Shown here one piece after another: positions 12,092 through 25,936 of a stretch of 64,000 nucleotides of DNA (the stretch's first letter is position 1; every line of letters begins with the position of its first letter). The position numbers and the translations under genes were made by a program. Source of the DNA: Paramecium tetraurelia (taxonomy: Eukaryota); assembly GCA_000165425.1 (NCBI GenBank), contig CT868031.1, positions 62,001 through 126,000 of the forward strand. Direction: 5' to 3'. The notes below the pieces were generated by a model. It did not search any database, was not told where the DNA came from, and saw only the letters and a list, made by a program, of their open reading frames with translations.

Positions 12092-12659
12092 TCATTGAGT
12101 TTATTCTTAGTTCTTTGAGACCTCATAAAATTATTAATTATGTTACAATTTAAGAAGGATTTTCATTTTGAAATTCAATATTAGGATTGGACGACTAATT
12201 ATTGAAATGATTTTCTAGAGTTTATTTTTCTTGTTTTGGATCTTCCTTCTCAGTAGATTCTTTGTATTGATGTTACGGTATGATGTTGATTCTAATTTTA
12301 GGATATTTCTTTATTGGATTGGCTTTTTAAATTTGAACTATTTGGACATCTTGAGTTTGATAGGTTAAAGTATAAAGAACGCTTTCAATGGTAATAATAT
12401 CATCTGGTTTAACATATAATTCTTCTACGATTCCTGGTTGCTTATTGAAGATCTCAATTATTTTATTTTAAGCACTAATTTTCATAGCATATTAAAAGGA
12501 CCCCAAGGATTCTTTTTCTTCTTAAAATCAGTTAAGAGGATTACTAATGCATACTTCTACAATTTTGGCAACAATGCAACGAAGCGGTGTATCCAACAGA
12601 CTTTTGAGTGTCACATCTTCGGCCTTTTTATTTGATGCAAAGGCAATCTATTCTAGCAT
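12092..12659 (-). CDS. Hypothetical protein with degenerate biotinyl/lipoyl-like (barrel-sandwich hybrid) domain
   Basis: KIVEVCIKEKESL...KIIEIFNKQPGIVEELYVKPDDIITIESVLYTL after a 24-nt intron; 3' end uncertain. Confidence 0.5.
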
Positions 12660-12846
12660 ACAATTGATGATTAAGATAATAATTATAATAATTTAAATGA
12701 TTTATAAGTTTAATTGAAAGTCTTAATAAAATCTTTAAGGGAGATTTAGGATTAATTTAGGATGGAAAATTCACGCAGTCAGGTTTGGAATGCCATTTTA
12801 ACTAAAAGAGCTCAAATTCAGTAAATAAATTAATGATATTATAATG

Positions 12847-13825
12847 TCAAGTATTTAAAACAGAAAAGCCATCAACTAGATTATAGGATATTTTATCAAA
12901 GGTCTTTTTAATTTCTTCATGTATTTTCGACAGGATATTGTTATTTTCTTTTGTCAATTCAAACATTTCTGCCTTTTGATCCATGATCATCTCGTCTTCA
13001 AACAAGGCATACTGTTTATATTTGAATAACAGATCAATAGGCAGATCATCTTATTGAAGATTAAAGATGGCGATTTAGTTTAAACATTAAACATGATTGA
13101 GTAATTTGACTAATTCTCTATTCTGAGACAACAGATCCACTTTCATTTTAGATAATATTCTAACATAAAAATCTTCCAAAGATTTGATTTCATCCTGAAT
13201 CTTCACTATATGCAAAATGATAGAAATACTTTGGAGAATTAGGTGATTTTTGAATTCTTGTCAGCCAATTCAGTTTCCAAGAGTTTGATTTGCTTTTTGT
13301 AATCCTACTTATCTTGGTTGGATTGCTTGTCAATTTTTTATTAGAGCTGTTAGTTATAAGTAGTCAACTATTAAATAGTCAATTTTAATTTCTTAATGAC
13401 TATATCCTTTTATTGAATTTGATCCTGCTGTAATTGGATTTGCTTTTTGAAAATCAAATTTTCTTGCTAAGTCTTGTAGCATAAAGTACCTACAAGGAAA
13501 CATTTAGATTTTGCATATCTAAGACTTTGAGTTCCTGCATCTATTGTTCTTGAACGTAATGCATTTTATTCTAGAAATCACTAACAGGCGAAGCAAAACT
13601 TCCAATCTTGGAGGAGACCTTTTAGAATTCTTCTTTGAAAGATGTGCAAGGTTATGTAGTTTGTTTCCCGTCGAGGGTTCTGTAAGTCTAACTTTTGTTA
13701 TCCGACTATAAGGTGATAATACGTTAGTTAGCTTTTGGAGTTCTAAACCACTAATCGTTTAAGTCTTTGTTAGCACTCTTTGTGGATGAACATTTGGAAT
13801 CATATTGAATATCAGTTTGCTTCAT
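12847..13825 (-). CDS. Hypothetical coiled-coil protein
   Basis: Code-6 ORF with two tiny introns; Q/K/E-rich heptads. Confidence 0.7.
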
Positions 13826-14347
13826 TTTAATAAGTTGTTAATAATTTAATTTCTGAATTCAAATGTAACATAACCCTCAATAATAATAATATAAAAATAG
13901 ATTAGTCCTTCTCTAAATTAAATACCACACCAAAACTAATCCTTCCTCTTACAACATCATCACTTACCACTAAAAAGAGATTAATTCTTCTATCAAAGTG
14001 AATCTAATGTTGAATATATTTCTTACTAAAAATACATGATTTGAAGGAGATCATTTTTTTCCTTTCTTGTCATAACAAAGATTACATACTATTGAGAAGT
14101 AGAATACCAAACAGAATGTAATCCATCCTTAAAGTACTTAAAAAATTGAATACTTTTTAATAACAACCTGTTTAATCTTATCTATAATATTAAATAATCT
14201 AATAAATAAAATAAATTCTTTGCAAACCCCAAAATATCATATTTCAAAATAAATAAAAAAGTTGAGAACAGAAAGATAAACATCCAAAGGATGGCTTTGT
14301 ATAAAATAAGTTTCCATTTTTATTAATATCCGTTAAAAATATTAATA

Positions 14348-15821
14348 ATGAATTCAAGTTAGAGACAACCAAGAAGTCGTATTTTTGATGTTGATTCACA
14401 AAGGCCATCTGATAGATCTAATACTCCTACAAGAGCATTATCACCACATCAAACTTCTCAACATGTTTAACCGTAATAATAATAACAATAACCAATTCCA
14501 ACCTTTCAACCTCAAAAGCTAAAACACATTCTGTATAATGCATAACAAAGTACTCCAATAGTTAGTTGCCATTACCATCCAGATCAATTCATTTAAAACT
14601 TTTGCAAAAACTCGTATTATTTTGAATAATCAAAATAGGGATTGTTTGTTGCCACTTTGCCCTATGTGTGTTACCATCCATTAAGATGATCATATAGGAT
14701 AAGAGTATGCACCTCATTTTGATTTGCTTGGCTATTGTCTTGGAGAACAATATAATAAGATAGTTGACATCTGCAATCTATTAGGAGAGGACATCGAGGA
14801 AGTTGTAGAATTAAAGAATCTTGTTAAAAATCATAGAGAAGTTTAGAAAAAGAAATTCTTGGAGGCAAAAGAACAATTCTATAAAGCAATTGATACCTTT
14901 ATGTAGAATCTGGAGAACAATCTAAATTCGCAATCTCTCAAACAAACCGATTAATTGCTCAATGAAATCAATTAATTTCATAGATTGGCCTATGACAGAT
15001 GGTTCAACATGCAAGGGAGATTGCAGAAACTCAATTCTGAGAAGTGTCTAAAAACACTCATTAAATCTTACAGATAGAGCAGACCAGAAGATATCTATTA
15101 ACGTTAACATGAAATGACCTTGTCATTTGTAGATTCAGTTAGGAATGATTTAGATCAAGTAGAAATTAGACCAAATTAATTATAAGTCATTCTTGATTAA
15201 TTGCAATCCTATATATTCATAACAAGAGATTAAGTTAAATAACCTAAACAAGCTTCACCCATCAAACCACAACAATAATAACCAATTATTAGAAGAGTCG
15301 TACATGAGAGACCAAACAGTCAGTAACATCACCATAATTCCAACTCTCCAATCCCTACTAGAGTTCTCCAAGGATTCCCTATTCTCTAAAAGTTTAATCC
15401 AGTCACTGCAATAGAAACTATGAATATGCCTCAATTACCACCTATTCCTACAGGGTTTCCTTAAGTCTTGCCATTTCCAAATCAACAATTCAACTTTTAA
15501 CCATAATCAATGATGTTACCTAACTCATAATTTATTCCACAACCCCTTCTTAATATGCCCTTACCATTCTAAACCCACCACCCATATCAGAATCCCCCAT
15601 AGTTACTTAAGCAAACTTAGTTACCACAACCACTATAGCAATATGTTTAGCCACTTTAGTCCACAGCAGCACATCAAATGCAATAATAAAGTCAGCCACT
15701 TGCTTAAATTAATATGAATCAACAGGAAAAACCTGGTGAAGTAATTGATTTGAAGACTAATAACAATCCACTAAGGATGGCTGAATAATATCATAATAAA
15801 TTGTTTAATTCTGGAGAATGA
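14348..15821 (+). CDS. B-box zinc finger / coiled-coil protein with Q/P-rich low-complexity C-terminus
   Basis: CHYHPDQFIQNFCKN..CLLPLCPMCVTIH B-box pattern across one intron; Q/P-rich tail. Confidence 0.85.
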
Positions 15822-15977
15822 TTCAACTATAGTTATATTTAAATCTATTACATTCATTTTTGAAATTATATTTGCAAATACATGTTCACGATTTTATTAA
15901 TAACATTAAATGATGAGTTTAATTAAGATATATAATATATTAATTTACTAAATCCGTAATCCTTAATTATCAATACA

Positions 15978-17479
15978 ATGCACAAGCTTAAGCTATAGTT
16001 CCTGAATTAAGACGTTGAAGATAATTACATCAAAGAACACTAATTTCCAAAAAGAAGATTTTATTTAAAAGTTAGTACCATAGCATTTCAAATTTTATTA
16101 TTTTTCAAGTTGATCGTTTCACTTATTGAACAAAATTATACAACTGTTTACCCTTTGCTTATTTCATGGGGAATTACACTTCCCTTCGTTTTATTTCCAA
16201 TCAAAACTGATTTTTTCATAAGAATGAGTATAAGCCTCCTTAATATTCTTTATATTGGCTATCTTCTATTTTTTGATCCGCAAGAAGAGGCTGAAATAAT
16301 GTATTTTAAGGGTTCCACTCAGATGGCTGCAAATGTTGTAAATATTTTTGTGCTTGAATTTATTGATTCATCAATCCTAAGTGTTAGTTTGTTAATAATG
16401 AGAGTTACCCATCTCATTTACTACAGTCCAAAACTTGATTTACCTACAATTGTTTTTGCTATAGGGATTCATGTTCTTTTAATTTTAATGATTTACGTTT
16501 ATCAAAAAGCATTGAGATCTTAATACCTTTTAACAAAAACCGATTAAAGATGGGAAAACATACTGAAATAAATTATTCATGATCAAAAATTCATACTCTT
16601 AAATTTTGACAAAGAAAAAATTTAATTCAAAAATATAAGTTCTACATTTTCAAAGAATATATAAACTTAAGATGAGGTGATAAGTTTTATTCGAAATTCA
16701 AAAATTAAAAACCTAACTTTAGAATAGTATCTTTATTAAAACGTGAATGACTTTTAATCCAATTGTATCGACAGTCTAAACAATATTATTATGGTTACTT
16801 ACGATAGATAATTCTTGAAACTTAATTTCTCAATATTTTTTGGAAACTAACCTACCATACTAATCTAGAAAGATATTCACTAATATGAATCAAATTTAAA
16901 AAGCAATTAAAAAGTAAATAAATTGTATCTCAACATCATCACATCTCTCATCAAAATTATCAAATAAAACAAAAAGTATGATGAAATTAAATTTCAAATA
17001 GTAGCAAAAAAACTATTTTTAAAAAATCTAATTTCAAAAATTGAAACTCACAATTTTTCATCCTAATTAATTAGCTTCAAAAAGATTTTACATAAGGCTT
17101 ACGTTCTAACCAATAAAAAATGTTAATTCTTGATATGTTAAGACTTTCAAATTACTACCATTCCTAAGATATTTGATTTATTTTTAGCGTTGTTAATGGA
17201 TTGTTCACATAATGAAATCATTAGCATCAAAGATTTGAGATCTGAAAACTAATAGATTGCTATCAAGTTTGGTGGGGCTTTAAATATCAAAAGGTTGAAA
17301 GCATATTTAGATAAACTAGAGTATTATTTCCTCCTGATTTTTCAAAATATCAAATATGATGATGCTTGTACTATTCATAATTATAAAAAGATGTGACAGT
17401 TAAATTAAACGAAGAGATCTTTGTACCATTTAAGAATTTACCCTCTCATCACACATCATAAGAAATACTGCATCCATGA
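15978..17479 (+). CDS. Multi-pass membrane protein, probable degenerate histidine-kinase-like sensor
   Basis: N-terminus LKLQFLNQDVEDNY parallels TLNFRDQNVEMSY of the kinase at 3045; about 6 hydrophobic helices; no H-box or G-boxes; one 23-nt intron near 17368. Confidence 0.7.
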
Positions 17480-17768
17480 TGTGTTTTATAATTGAATATG
17501 ACTTATTAGAAATATTATTAATGTAAATATTAATTTTGTTATCTAAAATACTTCCAACTTCAAACAATATTATTCTTCATTAAATATTTAACTCTGATAG
17601 AGCAATTTTAATAAAATTTGATTCTCGATGGATTTGAATAATTAAGAATTAATGAGATTATTGCAGATAATCTATTGAGATGATATCTTTTAATGATTCT
17701 TAATTTAATTTAGATTAGATCAAAAATTTGATGAAAAAAATTTAATTATAAATATTAAAAGGTATTTA

Positions 17769-18218
17769 ATGGCTACAACTCGAAATTAAAAGCGCACAAA
17801 AACATACACTTATGTGAGAAATATAGATGAAAATCAAAGGAGTTTAAGAACCTAATCAAAACTGGACATTTTGGAGAGTGACTATTATGATTCACCAAAC
17901 AAATTGGCGGAAGAAGAACTTTCTGATGCGTCTGCGAATAGAAAGAAGAGTAAGATGTTGAGAATTGCTAAGAAGAAATAGAATAATACTTTAAGAAAAA
18001 ATGTCAACTTAAAGAAGATGCTAAAAAATACACCGCTGGATTCCGAGTTCCTCAATTTCCAGAATATAACTCCGAAAGCGAAGCCGCAGCAGACTAAATA
18101 GTGTAGTATATGTCGATCGTAGGCCAAATACACGTGTCCGAGATGTTTGGAAAGGTATTGCAGTTTAGATTGTCATCAAACTCATAAGGAAATACAATGT
18201 TTGCGAATGGATTATTGA
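17769..18218 (+). CDS. ZNHIT1: SWR1/SRCAP complex subunit Vps71/Swc6/ZNHIT1 (HIT zinc finger)
   Basis: 149 aa; LDILESDYY segment plus CSICRSQAKYTCPRCLERYCSLDCHQTHKEIQC zf-HIT. Confidence 0.88.
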
Positions 18219-18261
18219 TTTAATAATTATTATATAAAGGACTTAATCTAATATATAAAAA

Positions 18262-18933
18262 ATGTTAAGCCAACATAATTTGCAAAGCAGTAGAAAGAAT
18301 ATTGGAAATATTTCAAGTTAGTAATTGTAAAGGTTCTAAGAAAATGGATTATATTAATTTATCTTGAGCAAAAACAGGGCGAAGGAGAAGATGGTAAAAA
18401 AATAAAAATAAATCACTCCTTTAAGGCAGATGCGTCCTTCAACTGCTTTTGTGGATTCCAAGGGAAAACAGAAGTTCTAGATGAATTTTGGTTTGTAATT
18501 GGAGAGTTTCAGCACTCTATAACCTAAACATTAAATTTTTGAAGAACATCAGAAAAATAACTCCTAGCATTAAGCATCTACTACCCCTCATTAGAAGCTT
18601 TATGTAAATGATCAGAAGATATTGAGGGCGATGTCAGCATTGAGGAAGATCAAAAATTAAAGGGCTTTTCGTCCTTGTCCATTCACTTTGGGATTTAATA
18701 TAGAGTAATGCTCCATAAAACCAAAGACAATAAAATAACGATCAATTAGTCAATTATAGTAAATAAAAAGTCTCAATCGAACGGAGATCATGAAATATAA
18801 ACGACATGAATCTCCATAAACAGTTCAAAAACCAAGCTTACAAAGTTAGTTCACAAAATGGGAGTAATATGATGATAGCAATTTATTTGATCTAAATTTC
18901 TTGAACAATAATCTTTTCAAATACGAACTTTGA
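18262..18933 (+). CDS. Hypothetical protein (223 aa)
   Basis: Uninterrupted code-6 ORF, ATG to TGA, filling the space between neighbours. Confidence 0.7.
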
Positions 18934-19043
18934 TGACATATTTTTACACTATTTTTGAAATTTAAATCTGTGTTTAATTAGTGTGCTTGTTTATATCGAT
19001 TTGAAATTTTTTAATAAATAAAAATCTTTTTTTCTCTTTCATA

Positions 19044-19712
19044 ATGGGTGCATATAAATATTTACAAGAGCTTTGGAAAAAGAAATAATCTGATGTCCTC
19101 AGCTTCATCATGAGAATCAGAACATGGGAATACAGATAATTGCCCGTCATTCATAGAGCAACAAGACCCAGCAGACCAGATAAAGCCAGAAGATTAGGTT
19201 ACAAGGCCAAATAAGGTTAGATTTTAAAATGATCTTTAAAGGTTATGTTATTTACAGAGTCAGAGTCAGAAGAGGTGGAAGAAAATTGTTGATCAGAAAG
19301 GGTCTTGTTAAGGGTAAACCCAAGAGTCAAGGAGTTAATCAATTGAAGCCCACCAGAAATCTCAGATCAGTTGCTGAAGAGAGAGTTGGCAGAAAAATTG
19401 GAGCATTGAGAGTTTTGAATTCATATTGGGTGGCTCAAGACGGAACATATAAATATTATGAGGTCATCACAGTTGATCCATTCCATCCAGCCATCAGAGG
19501 AGATTCAAGAATCAATTGGATTACCAAACCTGTTCACAAGCACAGAGAATTAAGAGGTATAGTCTGCAAATTCTATTATTTTAGGCTTAACATCTGCTGG
19601 CAGAAAGAGCAGAGGTCTCAGAGTAAAGGGTCACAGAAACAACCAAACAAGACCATCAAGAAGAGCCAATTACGCTAGAAGAAACAGAATTTCCCTCAGA
19701 AGGTACAGATGA
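19044..19712 (+). CDS. RPL15: 60S ribosomal protein L15 (eL15)
   Basis: [67 protein letters not shown]; two tiny introns. Confidence 0.98.
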
Positions 19713-19811
19713 TGATATATTTTGCATATACTCAAGTACAATTAAAAACAACAAAAACATCCCCCAAATTTATTTTATCATTTTTGAAAATATTAGAAAA
19801 ATAATTTATTT

Positions 19812-22800
19812 ATGAACCAGATTTTCTATCCTCTGACTTAAGTCTATAGAACCTCAGCCAGACAAATTAATAAAGTGATTTACTATGGCAATCCCTTACC
19901 AGAAATAAAACTAAAATCTAACGATTTAAAATAATCCATATTTGATTGGTATCACTCACTCTAATTTCAAGGTTGAGACAACTAAATTAGGAACAATTGG
20001 ACGATGTGCTCTCCTTTACATCCTACTTTAGAGTTTATTCATATCTTAAAATGTTCAAGATAGATCAAAATGGGGTGCATGAATATTAGGAATTATTATG
20101 TAGTCCTTTTGAAGTTAATGTTGCTGAGGAACTCAGTAGATATTATTCTATTTAAAATTGTAAGCGTTTAAATAAGATTGATTTAAATGCACATAAGGTA
20201 TTTCATAAATCTCATTAAATTAAAGTACATCCTAGATCACATCTATGTGTCTGATTATGAATGGTTATTTGATACCATTACATTAAGAGGGGATGTTGAA
20301 CAAATTATAACTTCATTTGAAGAAGTATCAAATGGCACCATATTTACAAGTTGGGGAGAATTGGAATCTCATGAGGATGAAGGATATTATGAAATCAACC
20401 TAAAAAAACAGAAGGTCTATTAGACATTTTCTGAATTACTGGTTGAAGAATTTGAAATTGCTATTCTATTAAAGTACTCAATTAAGTTTATTTATAGATA
20501 TCGCCAAGCTTGTGGAGGTGGTGATAATTACACTTATGACAAAAATTTGTTAAATTTGAATCATGTTAGATTTAATTATTTATCTCTGAACTTAAATTAG
20601 TCTTTTCTTGAATTTAAATAATTATTTGCTCAACAATCAAACTAGAAGTAATCAATTTCTGAACTTAATCTAATTTAATCATGGACAGACTTTATCAAAT
20701 CAAATCCCCTGTAACTCTAAACCCTTTGCTAAGAAGTCTAATACTATTTTAATCAACCTAAAGAGTTGTTTTCAGTACCTCTCAAGTAAGTTCTTAATGA
20801 ATATGTTCTATTCTGTAAATTTTTGATTTCCAGGCAATTACTCAAAGAATTTCCATTAAACTAAGCATAAGAGATCAAAAGAGTCAAACAAAAATAGGAC
20901 AAGCAAACATAACAGAAATTGTAGGAACTTAACATTTTATTCAACAACCCTTTAAAATCTCAAATATTACCTGCAAATGACCAAAGATTATTTAGCACAA
21001 ACGATGAGGAAATAGAAAATATATTTTATGACTTCACTACATCTTTTATGAAGAAACTTATGGAGGATACATTTTTAGAATTGGAAAATCAGAAAAAATT
21101 CAAAAAATAAAAATAGAAAAAGGCCAAAAGTCAAAAAAAACAATATATGAGTGAATGCACATCAAATTGCACTGAGTATTAATAGTTACAATAACAGTAA
21201 GAAATTCAATTTGATGAAGAATGGATTAATGATACATAATCAAAGAATCAAAAGAAAAAACAAAGAAGAAAAGAGTAATTATTTAATTTAATCTTAGAAA
21301 TCAAGAAAAGAAGAAACTAAAAAAACTACCTGAAATATAGTCGGTAGAATCAAGTGAAAGTGTTTAAAATTAATAATTTGAACCTTCAGTTAAAATAGAA
21401 AATCAAAAGCAAGTAGAAATTTAAGAATAAGTTTAAGAGACATTTCTTTGTACTACTACCTCTACTCATGATGATGATGGGGAATTTATTGAAGTGACCA
21501 AAAAGAAATTTAATGGGAAAAAAAAGAAATAAAATAATAAAAAAGCTAAAGAATAAAAAGAGGTTCAAGTTGAAAAACAAGTAATCTTAATTAAGAAATC
21601 CAATTCTTCATAACAAAATTATTTATCTGACGATTACAAAATGGAAAATTCTACACCAACGAAAACTCTTTCTTATAAAAAAGAATAAGAAAATACTCCT
21701 CAGAAACCAGGATTGGTAAAGAGTTTAAGCAGAGAATAAAAAACTTATAAATATGATTTGGATCAAAATACTCTCAATCATATATGCTCAAACATTTTGG
21801 AACATAAACTATCAAGGGATATTTAATCAATATATTAAAAAGAATAAGATAATCTATTCAAATTTAGAACTGCAAGAGAAGTTGCCATTCTAAGAGTATA
21901 ACATATTATTAAGGCCCATTTCTTTTAATTTTAAGTTGAGCCTGTGATTTTTGGTTCTTCAAGAACAGGGTTGGCGCTGCATGATAGCGATGTTGATATG
22001 GTCGTTTTTGGGTTGCCTGTGTTTACAAAACCATAACTTTTTGAGCCTATGAGAAAGCTGTTGGAAGTTTTCTGCTAAATGAAGTGGGCTATTAGTTACA
22101 AGTATTTTATAATTTCACACCTTTTAGACACATCTTTCAAGCAAGTATACCTTTGATTAAAATAACAATTGATCCGTCTATAGGGTTTTTAGAATTTGTA
22201 GGTAACCCACTCTATTATGTGATGAATCATAGAAATATTGAGTAAATGAATTTGAAAATCGGAGAATAATGTAATTAATTGATTTTTAAGTAAAGCTTAA
22301 AACATATAAATTGACATAACTTTTGAATTGTAGCAACCATACCCTATGTATGGATATCAGGGATACCATGTTGGACTTCTATCAACAGATTACCAACGGT
22401 AAGTTGGGATTTCAGTAAAAGGATTCACAGAAGTAGCCATAGTGTTGAAGAAGATCTTAAAATAAAGAGGGTTGAATGACTCTTACACTGGAGGAGTGAG
22501 TTCTTTTTGTTTGACTATAATGTTAGCTGCCATAGGGGAGAATGTCTCAATGGGAGATAAATTGTTGTCCTTTTTGTAAAGATATGGGTGGAATTTCGAT
22601 CCTGAATAATAATGCATTTCATTACATTCAGATGAGACCTTTATGCCTATTTAGGAATAAGGAGATCGATTGCCGTTGAATATCATTTCACCTATCAATG
22701 ATGAGAAAATTCAGATCTATGTCTCAAAGATATAAGAAATTCTACAAGTATTCAAGGAACTTTATTTGGAACTGAAGGAGAACATGAATCAAATAGCAAT

Positions 22801-22918
22801 AGGTCTGTAAAAGAAATTGGATTAGAAGGAACTGTTATAATTACATTAAACAAATATCGAGAAGCTTGTCGATCTGATCTAGTGGCAGAATACAAATCTT
22901 CTTGATAGTTAATTCTGA
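19812..22918 (+). CDS. Non-canonical poly(A) polymerase / terminal nucleotidyltransferase (Trf4/TENT4-like core) with long N-terminal extension
   Basis: FGSSRTGLALHDSDVDMVV pol-beta motif; IPLIK; IDITF; GLNDSYTGGVSSFCL; several tiny introns. Confidence 0.9.
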
Positions 22919-23020
22919 TATTTATTTATATATTTTGTTTATAAACCAATCTAATTATGATATGGATATCTAGGATTAAATAGGGAAGAAAAATAGTTTT
23001 ATTATTAATTTTTCAGTTAT

Positions 23021-23799
23021 TCATTTAATTCTGATTAATTTAATTTGAAATCTTCTTTATTTGAATTCTGCTTTTCTTCTCTCCAATCCCCTGATGTAAG
23101 GTAGGAGAGGGGCAGTGTTCTTAATGAGTGTGAAGCCATTTACAATATTATTAAGTTGATTATTGATAATAAGATTGATTAGACTTTCTAATTTTTGATA
23201 TTTGATTCTTTGCATGAGATCGGATTAAGCATTGTTTTTTTAATTTGTTAGAGGAGTGAAGCATTAAAATTAAGAGACAGTTTTGTTGAGTAATGGGGTC
23301 GAGGTATTATTGTTGTTGGTAGATTTCGAATGATTATGATTTCTTTTTTATGTGCTCACTAATTATGACGAGTGTTGAACCATTGTGATTTTTTACGAGG
23401 TTCTTGGACATTCTTGACTGACGGTTTTGACTTTTTATTTAACATCGTTTATTTCAATAATAGATGTATAGATCTCAGGATTCCTTTTAACTATGAGAGA
23501 AGATTCAGGTTATCTTCTTCTTTGAATCGGTGTCCTATTAGCTTGAATGATAGATGATATTTACTTTATCTTAAGCTGAGTAAATCGTAGAGTTTGGTTT
23601 TAGCAGATGTATATTATTCAAATTTTTATTAATCATAATAGTGAATGGTTTTCTGTTTTTTTTGAATACTGGTTGGTTGGGGAATCGATTTAATTTCAAG
23701 AGCTGATTTTGATTGGATTGTTACAGGTATTTATGGTCTTTGATAATAGGAGAAATCTTTATTCAAAAAATAATTTCCATTTTGAAGCTTCGATTTCAT
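23021..23799 (-). CDS. Hypothetical basic protein
   Basis: Code-6 ORF restored to frame by one 23-nt intron at about 23542-23564. Confidence 0.65.
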
Positions 23800-23877
23800 A
23801 TTTAATTAATAACGTAATTTTGTTTTAATTTGTTTAATTATTAGTTTTTGAAGTACTCTTTTATAAGGTAAAAAGAA

Positions 23878-24456
23878 ATGGACGAATTATTAATGTTCTC
23901 GGCTTAGAACAAACTAACATTTGCTTATAATAGAAACACATTGCAAGTATAGACGGAATTTAAAATGAAAAATATCTCAGAGAATATATTAGAAATTCAA
24001 ATAGAATTGTCGAATCCTCAGAATTATAAAATATATCCAAACAATTTTTACATCTAAAAATAAGAAACTAAAGTCGTAGAGATAATATAAATAAATTATG
24101 TAGATTAAGATATATTTTGAACATAGGTTCCTATGAGGTTAGATGAAAGAGCAAAAATAATGTACAGAACCATAATGGAGAACTCTACGACTTCTAGAAA
24201 AAACACATAGACAATTTATCATTTTTACAAATACTTTTTTTTTGAGTTATCTTGTCATAAATAGTCCTCCTTCGTTGATGATAACAGCAGAATGACATAG
24301 GTGAGATAGCAAGATCACAGACAACATTAGGTTGGAGTGGAAGTGAAAGACTCATTAAATTACTGGTAATTGGTAACTCTAACAGTGTCCATTATTGTAA
24401 TAATAATAGCAGTGTGTAATTGGCTTTATATTAAAATTATAAAGAATGATTAATGA
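23878..24456 (+). CDS. MSP-domain, tail-anchored protein (VAP-like)
   Basis: FKMKNISENILEIQIELSNPQNYKIYPNNFYI..QETKVVEI Ig-like MSP pattern and a C-terminal TM LVTLTVSIIVIIIAV. Confidence 0.6.
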
Positions 24457-24494
24457 CTTAATTTTAATCTTGGTTTAAATAAAAATTATTATAA

Positions 24495-25893
24495 ATGTTT
24501 TTGGGCTTGAGAAGGGTGAGATTCAACTTTGGTGCCGTTTTGGAGCAATATTAATACTTGGTAAGACAAGAGGAAATAGCTCAAGACGAGAGGTAAGTGA
24601 ATACGGTATGATAAAATAATTAAGGCTAAAAGATTGTCTAATTTGATAGGGTCAACGATCAATTGGTCTAGAGTCATCAATAATGGCTACAATACTCAAA
24701 ATTCCTAGATGAATTCATTAGAAGAAATCATACACCCTAGCAAAGTCAAGTGTAATAACCATCTGCAAAGTAGTCATCATTCTTTAGCTCTTTGTTCGGG
24801 GGATCTCAAACTGTTAGTATAAGCTAGACTAAGCTATAATCGACTCAAGAGGATCACAATCGTCCATTTGTAGGATAGATTTAGGGGTTGTATGTTTTTG
24901 GCTCTCCAGGATGTGGGAAGACTTATATCATGGATTTATTTTACGAATAATGTCAAATTCCCCAGAAGAAACGAATCCATTTCAACGAATTTATGCTTGA
25001 CATCCAGAAGGACTTACACAAGTGTTCTAGCAAAGAGGATCCAGTGAATAAGGTTGGTACTGCAAAAGCTAAAGATATAAGATTATTATGTTTAGACGAG
25101 TTCTAAGTCACTGACATTGGAGACGCTTTGATTTTGAAGAGGTTATTTGAGACCATGATCAGTAATCATATGGTCTTAGTTGCAACATCCAACAGACCTC
25201 CAGAAGACTTGTATAAGGGAGGGTTATAAAGACATTTATTTTTACCATTTATTCCATTTTTAAAGCAATCATGCGTTATTCACAATATGGACTCGTAAGT
25301 TGATTATAGATACTCTTACGTATGAATATTCTGTATTCTCAATAGTCTGAAGCTCAAAGTGAAAGGTTATTAACATATATTAGTCCTCTGGATGAGAGTG
25401 CTGAACAGACTATGAAGGGGATTTTCAAAAGAATTAGCAAAACGGACAAATTGTAAGGTTTTGTACCCATTCTATTAGTTATGAAAAGGAAATCGAAGTA
25501 ATTGAAGGAAGGAACTTCAAGGTGAAAAGACAAGCGAATGGAGTAGCATTATTTGATTACGAAGAATTATGTGAGGATGTAGTAGGAGCATCGGATTTCA
25601 TAGCGTTATGTAGGAATTATCATACTATTTGTCTAAAGGGAGTAAAACAGATCAGTATGAGTAATCGAAATGCTGCTAGAAGATTTATATTATTAATTGA
25701 TGAAATGTACAATCACAAAACGAAATTGTTTTGTTCTGCAGAAAGAGACTTGATGAACCTCTTCATTGTAAAGAACAAGGGAGATCAATACGACGAAGAG
25801 TTTGCTCTTGAAAGATGTAGATCTCGATTGAAGGAAATGCAATCGAAAGAATATCTGGAGACTCCATCATATTTTGATTAGTAAAAATAATGA
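24495..25893 (+). CDS. AFG1L: AFG1/LACE1-family mitochondrial ATPase
   Basis: Walker [20 protein letters not shown], Walker [58 protein letters not shown]. Confidence 0.95.
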
Positions 25894-25936
25894 TGAATTT
25901 AAGTAAATTATTATTAATTATACATATATTAAATGC

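Noticed and set aside
17391..17396. In-frame TGA followed by coding-like sequence (possible readthrough or selenocysteine)
   Set aside because: A 23-nt GT-AG intron at about 17368-17390 shifts the frame and removes the apparent stop
19556..19678. Apparently novel C-terminus of RPL15 in the ORF track (IVCKFYYF...)
   Set aside because: Read-through of a tiny intron; splicing restores the canonical [13 protein letters not shown]
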